This document shows, one piece after another, positions 28,981 to 36,949 of a DNA stretch of 64,000 nt. The DNA is from Nitrospirota bacterium (GTDB lineage Bacteria; Nitrospirota; Nitrospiria; 2-01-FULL-66-17), in contig JBMOMC010000006.1 in the NCBI GenBank assembly GCA_049325335.1, positions 96,001-160,000 of the forward strand. Direction: 5' to 3'. The notes under the pieces are model-generated. The model did no database searches. It had not been told where the DNA came from and saw only the letters and a program-made list of their open reading frames with translations. Numbering within the stretch: the first letter of the stretch is position 1; every line of letters starts with the position of its first letter. Both the position numbers and the translations under genes were made by a program.

Positions 28981-29493
28981 GTGCCAGACGCTGATGGAGA
29001 GTCTTGTCTTGATCGATCAGAGCTTCGACCACGTCGCCGTGCGATCGCGGTGGTCCGCATCCAGATGGTCCGGGAGGGGCGCTTTCCCTACGGGGCGACC
29101 GGCGTGAGTCAATCCTCGGACGCGGCCACGATCCTCCGGGCCTATCTCGCGGGAGCTGACCGGGAATTCTTCGTACTCCTGTTGCTCGACGGCAAGCACC
29201 GGGTCAACGCGCTCAACGTGGTGGCGATCGGCTCATTGACCGCGGCGCTGGTCCATCCGCGGGAAGTGTTCAAGCCCGCGATCTTGGCCAATGCCGCAGC
29301 CGTCATCCTGGGACACAACCACCCCAGCGGGGATATCGAGCCCAGTCGGGAGGATCGGGAGCTGACCGAGCGATTGGTCAAGGCGGGTCGGCTCCTGGGC
29401 ATCACCGTGCTCGACCACGTGATCGTGGGCGAGGAGCGCTTTTTCAGCTTCGCGGATCACCATCTGATTCCAGCGAATGGAGGGGCCCTGTGA
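28981..29493 (+). CDS. radC: RadC-like JAB domain protein
   Basis: DREFF, VHPREVF, HNHPSGD..PS.ED, LDHVI. Confidence 0.93.
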   Translation: MPDADGESCLDRSELRPRRRAIAVVRIQMVREGRFPYGATGVSQSSDAATILRAYLAGADREFFVLLLLDGKHRVNALNVVAIGSLTAALVHPREVFKPAILANAAAVILGHNHPSGDIEPSREDRELTERLVKAGRLLGITVLDHVIVGEERFFSFADHHLIPANGGAL

Positions 29494-31517
29494 GCGCCAA
29501 GACGGTGCAAGTCACGCTGCCTTGGCTGGAACTGCCCGACGCGCCTGCGGAGCCGATTCGCGCGGAGACGCTCCTCGCGGGCCTCAATCCCGAGCAACGC
29601 GAGGTGGTCCAACACGGCGAGGGACCGGTGCTGGTCCTGGCGGTGGCCGGTTCGGGCAAGACCCGCGCGATCACCCACCGGGCGGCGTATCTCGTCGCGG
29701 TCCGGGGCGTGCCGGCCTCGCGCATTCTGTGCCTGACGTTCACCAACAAGGCCGCGGCTCACATGCGCGAGCGGATCGCGCAGCTTCTGGGCGGCCAACT
29801 CGGGGGCATGACGGTCGCCACGTTCCACAGCCTCTGCGTGCGGTTGCTGCGCATGTACCACGCGTTCGTTCCTCGCAGTAACCGTTTCACCATCTACGAT
29901 GCGGATGATACGAGCGAGGTGGTGCGGCGCGTGGCCAAGGATCTGGAGGCCGAGGGCTACGAAGCCTCGCTGCGATCCGACCTCGATCGCCTCAAGCACC
30001 TGGGCGTCCCTCCGGATGGCGATCTGACTGGGGCGCTCGAATGCGGGGAGGGTCAGCGCGAGTATGTGGAGCTCCTGCACCGGGCGTATGCGCGCTACGA
30101 GCGGATGCTCGCGCGCTGCGATGCCCTGGACTTTACGGATCTGCTGTTCGCCACGGTCCGCGTGCTGGAACAGCACCCGCAGGTCTTAGGCCGCGTGCGG
30201 AGCCGCTACCAGCACCTCTTGGTCGACGAGTATCAGGACTCCTGCCCCTTGCAGGAGCGCTTGCTCAGGCTGCTGGCAGCGCCTGGCTACAACCTGTGCA
30301 CGGTGGGGGATGACGATCAGGCCATCTACGCCTTCCGGCACGCGGACGCGAGCGGGCTGCTCACCTTCGCACAGCGCTATCCGGGCAGCCGGATCCTGCG
30401 CATGGAGGAGAACTACCGCTCCACCGGAGCGATCATCGAGGCGGCGCGCCGCGCGATCGTGCCCAACACGCAGCGCCAGCCCAAGACGATCCGCACGGCG
30501 AATGCCGATGGCGAGCCCGTGCGCGTGGTGGGCTTTCCCTGGGAAGACGTGGAAGCTGGGTGGATCGTGGAGCAGATCCAACAAGCCCGGGCGCAGGGCG
30601 TGCCGTTCGGGGAGATCGCGGTGCTGTGCCGGGTGGCCTCGCTCTTTCGGCCGATCGAGCGCGAGCTGGCGCGGGCGCTGATCCCGTACCACCTGGTGGA
30701 TGGGCTGGCCTTCTGGGACCGCCGGGAGATCAAGGACCTGCTGGCCTACCTGCGGTGGATCCACAACCCGCACGATCTCGTGAGTTTCCTGCGGATCGCA
30801 AACGTGCCGCCACGGGGCATCGGCAAGAAGGTACTCGCGCAGATCGAGGAGCGTCTGCAGTCCGACCCGGCGCGATTGCTCCCGGAGGTCCTGCAAGCCG
30901 TGAGTCAGTCCTCGCGGCCGCTGCGTGCCTTGCGGTTCCAAGTCGATGCGCTCCGCGAGGAAGCCCGCTCGGTCCCGGCGCTCATCGCCGCGGTCCTCAC
31001 CCGATTGGGCTACGAAGCCCACCTGCTCAAGGCCTTTCCCGATGGCGCCCGGCGGCTCACGCACATCGAGCAACTGCAGACTATCGCGGCGCGCGACGGG
31101 CAGACCTCCGAGGACTCGCTGGGAGAGTTTCTCGCGCAAGCCGGCCTGGGACAGGGTGCGGATGGGAGCCCGGTCGAGGGTGTGCGGCTGATGACAATCC
31201 ACGCGGCCAAGGGCCTGGAGTTTCATACGGTCTTTCTCATCGGCCTGGAAGAGGGCATCCTCCCACATGCGCGCTGCCGCGAGACGATTGAAGAAGAGCG
31301 ACGGTTGCTCTACGTGGCGATCACCCGCGCCAAGTCGCGGCTTGTGCTCTCGTGGTGCCGACGGCGCCTGCTCCAAGGGCGGGACATCAGCCACCAGCCC
31401 TCGTCGTTTCTGGACGATATCCGTCCGGGATCGCGGCTCGGGTCGGTGGTCTGGGCAAAGCCGGGTCCCCGACGTGACGGTCTCTTGGCTGGGAGGGCAC
31501 GGCATGCAGATCGCTGA
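29490..31517 (+). CDS. UvrD/Rep/PcrA-family SF1 helicase (element-borne)
   Basis: AGSGKT, TFTNKAA, VDEYQD, VGDDDQAIY, NYRS, TIHAAKGLEF, EERRLLYVAITRA. Confidence 0.95.
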   Translation: MSAKTVQVTLPWLELPDAPAEPIRAETLLAGLNPEQREVVQHGEGPVLVLAVAGSGKTRAITHRAAYLVAVRGVPASRILCLTFTNKAAAHMRERIAQLLGGQLGGMTVATFHSLCVRLLRMYHAFVPRSNRFTIYDADDTSEVVRRVAKDLEAEGYEASLRSDLDRLKHLGVPPDGDLTGALECGEGQREYVELLHRAYARYERMLARCDALDFTDLLFATVRVLEQHPQVLGRVRSRYQHLLVDEYQDSCPLQERLLRLLAAPGYNLCTVGDDDQAIYAFRHADASGLLTFAQRYPGSRILRMEENYRSTGAIIEAARRAIVPNTQRQPKTIRTANADGEPVRVVGFPWEDVEAGWIVEQIQQARAQGVPFGEIAVLCRVASLFRPIERELARALIPYHLVDGLAFWDRREIKDLLAYLRWIHNPHDLVSFLRIANVPPRGIGKKVLAQIEERLQSDPARLLPEVLQAVSQSSRPLRALRFQVDALREEARSVPALIAAVLTRLGYEAHLLKAFPDGARRLTHIEQLQTIAARDGQTSEDSLGEFLAQAGLGQGADGSPVEGVRLMTIHAAKGLEFHTVFLIGLEEGILPHARCRETIEEERRLLYVAITRAKSRLVLSWCRRRLLQGRDISHQPSSFLDDIRPGSRLGSVVWAKPGPRRDGLLAGRARHADR

Positions 31518-32313
31518 GGGGATCAGGATGTCCCACAGCAAGGTCACGCGCTACGACTTCTGCCCGCGCGCGTATCGCCATTACTACGTGGAGGGCTGGC
31601 GGCCGATCGCCAAACGGCCGTCGCTGCTTTTCGGGGATGCCATCGATCGGTCGCTGTCAGCCTTGTTCCAGCAGGACGCCGATCCGCAGATCGTGTTCGG
31701 CCAGGCCTGGGAGGCGCTCAAGGACATCCCGGTGGCATGGGGCAAGCGGCACACGTGGGCAGCGCTCGGCGACATCGGCCGCGCACTGCTCGCGCGCTTC
31801 GTGAAGGAAGAGCGACCACGATTCACGGATGTCCATGCCGAGAATGTACAGCGCCACGTCTCGGCCGAACTCGGCGGCGTGACCTTTGTCGGCTACCCCG
31901 ATCTCTACGCCCGAGTGGATGGCTTGCGGACGCTGGTGGACTTCAAGACCGCGCAGGCGTCCTACGACGCCGAGGAAGTCCGGCTCAACGAGCAACTGAC
32001 CGCGTACTGGTGGCTCTTAGAAGCCAACGGCATCCCGGTGGATCGGGTAGCGTTCTGCGTGCTGCTGAAACTCAAGGAGCCCCGGATCGAGTGGCACTTC
32101 GCCACGCGCACGCCCGACGAAGTCGCCGAGTACCGGGAGAAGCTGGCACTGGTGGCGGCGGACATTGTCCAGGGGCGGTTCCCGAAGAAGACCTCTTCGT
32201 GCAGCCAGTGGGGCGGGTGCGACTACCGGCCACTGTGCTTGGGCGACGAGACGGCGATCCGCGCGCAGCTTGTGTTAACGGAGGAGATCACGGACGAAGA
32301 GATCATCGTGTGA
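31504..32313 (+). CDS. PD-(D/E)XK nuclease (RecB/AddB/Cas4-like, 4-Cys)
   Basis: S.S....Y..CPR, GYPD, VDFKT, QL..Y, C-terminal CSQWGGCDYRPLC. Confidence 0.88.
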   Translation: MQIAEGIRMSHSKVTRYDFCPRAYRHYYVEGWRPIAKRPSLLFGDAIDRSLSALFQQDADPQIVFGQAWEALKDIPVAWGKRHTWAALGDIGRALLARFVKEERPRFTDVHAENVQRHVSAELGGVTFVGYPDLYARVDGLRTLVDFKTAQASYDAEEVRLNEQLTAYWWLLEANGIPVDRVAFCVLLKLKEPRIEWHFATRTPDEVAEYREKLALVAADIVQGRFPKKTSSCSQWGGCDYRPLCLGDETAIRAQLVLTEEITDEEIIV

Positions 32314-32323
32314 GGAGGGCGAC

Positions 32324-33277
32324 ATGGCGACATCCCGGAATGGACAGGCCAAGACCGGCACCGCGTTGGCCGCGGTGGATCCGACTGAGCTGCTCAAGAA
32401 GGAGACGGAGATCACGGCGCGCGACTTCTACACGGTGTACGACCGCCGTCACGGGAAGCGCCTGATTCCCAGCGCGCGCGTCTACAACAACTGGGCGAAG
32501 GAGGCCGGGATCAAGACGCACATCATTGAATCGGGTTGCGATGCTGAACGGGCCTGGGCGCACGTGAAGGGATGGATCGGTCCCGAGTCGAACCCGGTCC
32601 TGCAGCGCGAGGCCAAGGTGACGATCGTCTGGAAGGTCGAATGTGAGGACCTGATCTGGAACGCGGTCGCCCCCAAGACCGACCGCGACGGGCAGATCGT
32701 CAAAGCCGGCAAGCCTTACACCATCGGTCCGGACGGGTTCCCGGTGCTCACCGACCCGGCCGACCAGCTCGCGATCATCCAGCAACTTTCCCGGATCAAA
32801 CGCTTCGGGGAGCGAACCGCGGTGACGAAGGCCGAAGCCATCGTGGAGAAGAAGCTCCTTGGCGTGGAGTACCGCGAGCCCGAGGAGATCACGCACGAAC
32901 AGCGTGAAGCCCAGGCCGTGGCCGAGGCGAACAGCGAGGCGGTCACGGACAGTCAGACCGTGAATGGAGACCCGACTGGACAGGCGAGCAGAGCGGCCAC
33001 GGACCCTGCTGGTCGCCCCTTCACTCGCGGGTTGACCACGGTCGTCCGCGTCGGTGGGAAGCGCGTGCGGACCGCAGGCATCGAAGCCGCGCAACTCGAG
33101 ACGATCTGGAACTGGGCCGAACGCGTGGGCAAGGACCGCGTGGCCGCGGTGCTCAAGACGTTCGGTGTGGTGAAGTCAGTTGAGCTTCGCAGAGACGAGG
33201 CGGATGAGGTGCTGAAGAGGCTCAAGGACATGAGCGTTCCGCCTGAGGGGTCTGCAGTGGACGCGAAGACGGCCTAA
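32324..33277 (+). CDS. Hypothetical protein, candidate single-strand annealing protein
   Basis: RBS GAGGAGG; follows the nuclease; helix RTAVTKAEAIVEKKLLG, linker and helical C-terminal domain. Confidence 0.5.
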   Translation: MATSRNGQAKTGTALAAVDPTELLKKETEITARDFYTVYDRRHGKRLIPSARVYNNWAKEAGIKTHIIESGCDAERAWAHVKGWIGPESNPVLQREAKVTIVWKVECEDLIWNAVAPKTDRDGQIVKAGKPYTIGPDGFPVLTDPADQLAIIQQLSRIKRFGERTAVTKAEAIVEKKLLGVEYREPEEITHEQREAQAVAEANSEAVTDSQTVNGDPTGQASRAATDPAGRPFTRGLTTVVRVGGKRVRTAGIEAAQLETIWNWAERVGKDRVAAVLKTFGVVKSVELRRDEADEVLKRLKDMSVPPEGSAVDAKTA

Positions 33278-33395
33278 GCGAAAACCGATTGTCGACTGCC
33301 ACGGGCCAGCGTTCAGTGCTGGCCCGTGGTGCTTTCACTCAGGCGAGCCGGTGTCATTCGATGCGGCTTGCCCTCACGAAGAAGGAGGAATGGCA

Positions 33396-34565
33396 ATGGA
33401 AACGGTGTCGGAGTTTTCCGCGTGGACTGGACGTGGGCGGTTGGATCAGCTCGTGGGCGAGCTCGAACGGCAGAAGGAGGCGAGGATCGACTTTGTGACC
33501 GACACGCGTAGCGTGACGGTGTCCGCGAAAGACGGATCGCTCTACCTGGTGCCGGCCGAGCCGCGCGCGATGGAGTGGCTTCCCCAGCAGGGGCTGCTGA
33601 TCAAGGACACGGCCCTGGAGCAGGTGGGCGCCAAGGCCATCCCTCCGGTGCCATGGCGATTCCTAAAGGAGCTGGCGAGGGAGCGGCCGGTGCGCGCGAT
33701 GGAGCTACTCAACGGCTTGATGCAGGACTCGCCAGGACGGCGGTTTATCCGCTGTTTAGATGGCCATGTCCGCGCGGTCCTGTCCGACCGATACCGCGTG
33801 CTGGATCACTACGATATCGCGTTCGCGGCCCTCGATGTGGTGCGAGCTGCCGGGGGCGAAGTGATCGAGGCCAGCCTGTCCGACACCCGGATGAAGCTCA
33901 AGTTCACGACCCGCACGGTCTGGGACGCGATCGACGAGAGCCGTAAGGGTGATCCCGGTTCCTGGTACTCCGGCGGCCTCGGCAACCAGGAGCACTTGCG
34001 GCGCGTGTCGGCACGGGTGGGGGACGAGCTGCCGGGTGGACCGGGGACTGTGCATCCGCTGGTGACCGTGTCCAACAGTGAAACCGGGCACGGCGGATTC
34101 GGCGTGCGGATCGGGCTCTTGCGCGCGATCTGTTTCAACCTCGCCACGGTGGAAGACGTAGTGGCCAAGGTGCATCTCGGCGACCGGCTGGCGGTCGGAA
34201 TCTTCACCGAGGAGACGGTGAGCGAGGAATCGAAGCTCATTTATCTCAAGGCACGCGATGCCATCAGGGCGGCGTTTCATCCCGAGACCTTCGCCCGGAT
34301 GGTCGCGATCGCGCGGCAGGCGCAGGAGGACGGGGTGACCTCGCCGCACTCGGCCGTGCAGAACGTGGCTAAGGCAGTAGGGCTCGCCGAGGAACGACGC
34401 ACTGCGCTGCTGGGGTACTTTCTGCGCGAGTACGACGCCACGCGATACGGCATGGCGCAGGCGGTCGCACGGTTGGCGCAGGATGAATCCGATCCGGACC
34501 AGGCCGGCGCGCTGGAGGACCTAGCTGGCGCGATTCTCCGCAGCCGCGATCTGACGCTCGTATAG
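33396..34565 (+). CDS. DUF932/DUF945-like protein
   Basis: RAVLSDRY..LD, VSNSETG.G, RAICFN, H.G motifs. Confidence 0.75.
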   Translation: METVSEFSAWTGRGRLDQLVGELERQKEARIDFVTDTRSVTVSAKDGSLYLVPAEPRAMEWLPQQGLLIKDTALEQVGAKAIPPVPWRFLKELARERPVRAMELLNGLMQDSPGRRFIRCLDGHVRAVLSDRYRVLDHYDIAFAALDVVRAAGGEVIEASLSDTRMKLKFTTRTVWDAIDESRKGDPGSWYSGGLGNQEHLRRVSARVGDELPGGPGTVHPLVTVSNSETGHGGFGVRIGLLRAICFNLATVEDVVAKVHLGDRLAVGIFTEETVSEESKLIYLKARDAIRAAFHPETFARMVAIARQAQEDGVTSPHSAVQNVAKAVGLAEERRTALLGYFLREYDATRYGMAQAVARLAQDESDPDQAGALEDLAGAILRSRDLTLV

Positions 34566-34583
34566 GTGGGCGACGGCGCAGCC

Positions 34584-34856
34584 ATGACACCAGAGGAAAA
34601 GGCGAGTGATGTGGATCTGTCGGAGCTAGGTGAAGAGGCGATGGATTCCCGCCAAGACATCGTTCGGACGCTGCGCCAGGCACTCGATGCCATCGATGGT
34701 GCCATAGAGAAGGCGCGCGCGGCGGCCGATCACGCCGACGACACATTCGGCAATCCGAATCCGGTCAGCGTCGCGCTCGAAGATCTGTTGGGCATGCTGT
34801 GCATCTGGTCCGCCGCGGCCTCGATGCTCCTTGATGACGTCGATGGTGACCGATAA
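34584..34856 (+). CDS. Hypothetical acidic helical protein
   Basis: ORF in operon orientation. Confidence 0.5.
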   Translation: MTPEEKASDVDLSELGEEAMDSRQDIVRTLRQALDAIDGAIEKARAAADHADDTFGNPNPVSVALEDLLGMLCIWSAAASMLLDDVDGDR

Positions 34857-34977
34857 CGGCCCGCCTGTCGTCGCCAGATTCTCGAAGCCCTTGGCCGAAA
34901 CGTAGGGATTTGCTGGGGAACCCCTTCGCTAGGATGGCGGTGATCAACCGAGGAAGTGTTCGAATCGGGAGGCTGCC

Positions 34978-35202
34978 ATGACCGAGACCTCTGAGATTCC
35001 ATGGCCTCTGCTCGAGCAGGTTGTGGGCGGAGCCTATCGAGAGTTCATGTTTATCGGGGAGGTGCAGGGCATTCTGCTCTTCAAGCACATTTGGACACGT
35101 CGATACCTCAATGTCGATCGGGTTGGCGATACGTATCGGTATGTGGACGGCGGATATGAACGAATTCCGTGCGCTGAAGCGCTGCGCCATGCCTTGAGCT
35201 GA
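34978..35202 (+). CDS. Hypothetical protein
   Basis: RBS GGGAGG; FMFIG...I.LFKHI.TRRYLN motif. Confidence 0.65.
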   Translation: MTETSEIPWPLLEQVVGGAYREFMFIGEVQGILLFKHIWTRRYLNVDRVGDTYRYVDGGYERIPCAEALRHALS

Positions 35203-35212
35203 CGAGGCGGCG

Positions 35213-36217
35213 ATGAAGTGGACCCTCGTTGACTTGGAGCGGTTCGCGGCGCTGTTTTGCGGGCGGTCCGACGCGTTCGGGGTGTTGCAGGCCGGGCGGA
35301 TCTGTGCGGTTCGCCGCCCACTGTCGCTCATCCAATACCGGCTGCACCTGGAGGGGAAGCTACGTCTGGGCATTTATCCGCTCTTGCCGGATGGCCACAC
35401 GCACTTTCTCGCGCTCGACTTCGATGGTCCGCAGGCCGAGTACGCGGCGGATAGGGCGTCAGTTGTCGCGGCGCAGCATGGCCTCACCCTATGCCGGGAG
35501 ATCAGTAAGAGCCGCGGTGTGCATCTGTGGCTATTCTTCAATGAACCCGTCCTGGCACGGGATACGAGGCTGATAGCGCTGATGCTGCTCCGCGAGGCTG
35601 GCGTGAAGGCCGAAATCTTTCCCAAGCAGGACGCGCTGCCGGCCGATGGGGTGGGGAACTTCATCTGGCTCCCGCTTTCTGGCGAGTCGGTTCCTCTGGG
35701 CAAGACGGTGTTCGTGGATCCGATTTCTCATCAGGCGTATGCCGATCAGTGGGACTTTCTTCACGGCATCCCCCAGGTTCATCCGCGCGAGATCGTGATC
35801 CTCGCCAGTCAGGCGCGGGCAGGTCAGGACCGACCGATCCCGGCCCGACCAGACGGGCCGGCTCGAATCCATCACGGCGAACTGCTACCGTGCGCGCGGA
35901 TCATGCTCCAGGGCGTCACCCGCGGCTGCCGCGACGTGGTGGCGTTTCGACTGGCGATCCATCTGAAAGCCAGAGGGCTTTCTCAACAACGGGCTGAGCA
36001 CATCTTGCGTCAGTGGGACGCCAAGAGCAATCAGCCGCCGTTGGGACTCTCGACGATCCGGGAGAAGGTGATATCCGTGTATCAGAGAAATTACACGAGC
36101 TACGGATGCGAGGACCCCTTGATCGCTCCGTTTTGTCGCGAGGGCTGCCCCATCCGTCGGTATCGTGCCGATGTCGGAGGGAAAAGGAGCGGCGATGAGC
36201 CTGGAAAGGATCGGTGA
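35213..36217 (+). CDS. Archaeo-eukaryotic primase (AEP, TOTE-type catalytic domain) with Cys-rich PriCT/PriL-like C-terminal domain
   Basis: F.GR.D, HL.G...GIYPL, ALDFD, SKSRGVHLWLFF, EIFPKQD, GNFIWLPL; C-terminal LPC...YGC...FC...CP. Confidence 0.8.
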   Translation: MKWTLVDLERFAALFCGRSDAFGVLQAGRICAVRRPLSLIQYRLHLEGKLRLGIYPLLPDGHTHFLALDFDGPQAEYAADRASVVAAQHGLTLCREISKSRGVHLWLFFNEPVLARDTRLIALMLLREAGVKAEIFPKQDALPADGVGNFIWLPLSGESVPLGKTVFVDPISHQAYADQWDFLHGIPQVHPREIVILASQARAGQDRPIPARPDGPARIHHGELLPCARIMLQGVTRGCRDVVAFRLAIHLKARGLSQQRAEHILRQWDAKSNQPPLGLSTIREKVISVYQRNYTSYGCEDPLIAPFCREGCPIRRYRADVGGKRSGDEPGKDR

Positions 36218-36410
36218 GATTCTCGAACGTCTTCCTGGGCTCACCTGCCCGCACTGCGGGGCGGGGCGTGATGCTCACAGCGTCGGATTGTCGTGGGATT
36301 CACGCGAACAGGACTGGCGGTGCCTGATCTGCGGATATAGAGCATACGAGCAAGCGACTGAACCTGCGGGAATTAAGGCGAGAGAACCAACCGGCGACGT
36401 TCGTCGCTGA
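36195..36410 (+). CDS. Small zinc-ribbon protein
   Basis: CPHCG...CLICG; RBS AAGGAG. Confidence 0.65.
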   Translation: MSLERIGEILERLPGLTCPHCGAGRDAHSVGLSWDSREQDWRCLICGYRAYEQATEPAGIKAREPTGDVRR

Positions 36411-36447
36411 CTCCGGTCTTTCGGTGCACGGCTGAGGAGGACGATAT

Positions 36448-36849
36448 ATGAATACTTCAGATCCGGTCGGATCCAATGGGAATGGTTGTGATGGACTAGG
36501 CGGGACGCCGATCGTCCTCATCCCTTTTGGATCTGAGTTTCTGGCGATGACTCCGGACAATTTGGCGAAAGCCCTCTCGGTTGGCCGCTTGGTCACCGGC
36601 CACACGCCAACACATCCGGGGACCGCTGGCCCGTCTCAAGAGACGCTCGTGGATGCGGATGGAATGAGCCGATTGACCGGCGTGCCTTCGAGTTGGTTTC
36701 TGGAACAGGCACGCCAAGATAAAATCCCCCATCTCCGAGTCGGGAAGTACGTGCGGTTTCGCCCTGCCGATGTGCTGCCAGCGCTTGAATCGGGGCGGGA
36801 GCATAGATCCACCCGCGTGGCCGTTCTCCAGAAGATCCCCGCTGGATGA
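36448..36849 (+). CDS. Excisionase-like HTH (HTH_17/Xis) protein
   Basis: LVDADGMSRLTGVPSSW....ARQDKIPHLRVGKYVRF; directly upstream of the integrase. Confidence 0.8.
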   Translation: MNTSDPVGSNGNGCDGLGGTPIVLIPFGSEFLAMTPDNLAKALSVGRLVTGHTPTHPGTAGPSQETLVDADGMSRLTGVPSSWFLEQARQDKIPHLRVGKYVRFRPADVLPALESGREHRSTRVAVLQKIPAG

Positions 36850-36949
36850 TCCCATCACTGGCTCTCTTCGTTAGGCGGCGAGCGCGCTTCTTCTTGACTT
36901 CGTTGCTGAGATTTCACCACATTAGCTCCGGTTCACTATAGAGGGATCT

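Noticed and set aside
29490..31517. UvrD plus nuclease as a Gabija-type defence system
   Set aside because: No GajA OLD/TOPRIM ATPase; the partner is a RecB-like nuclease within an ssb/radC/DUF932 backbone.
31504..32313. Cas4-like nuclease suggesting CRISPR-Cas
   Set aside because: No other cas genes and no repeat-spacer array seen; context fits an element-borne RecB-family nuclease.
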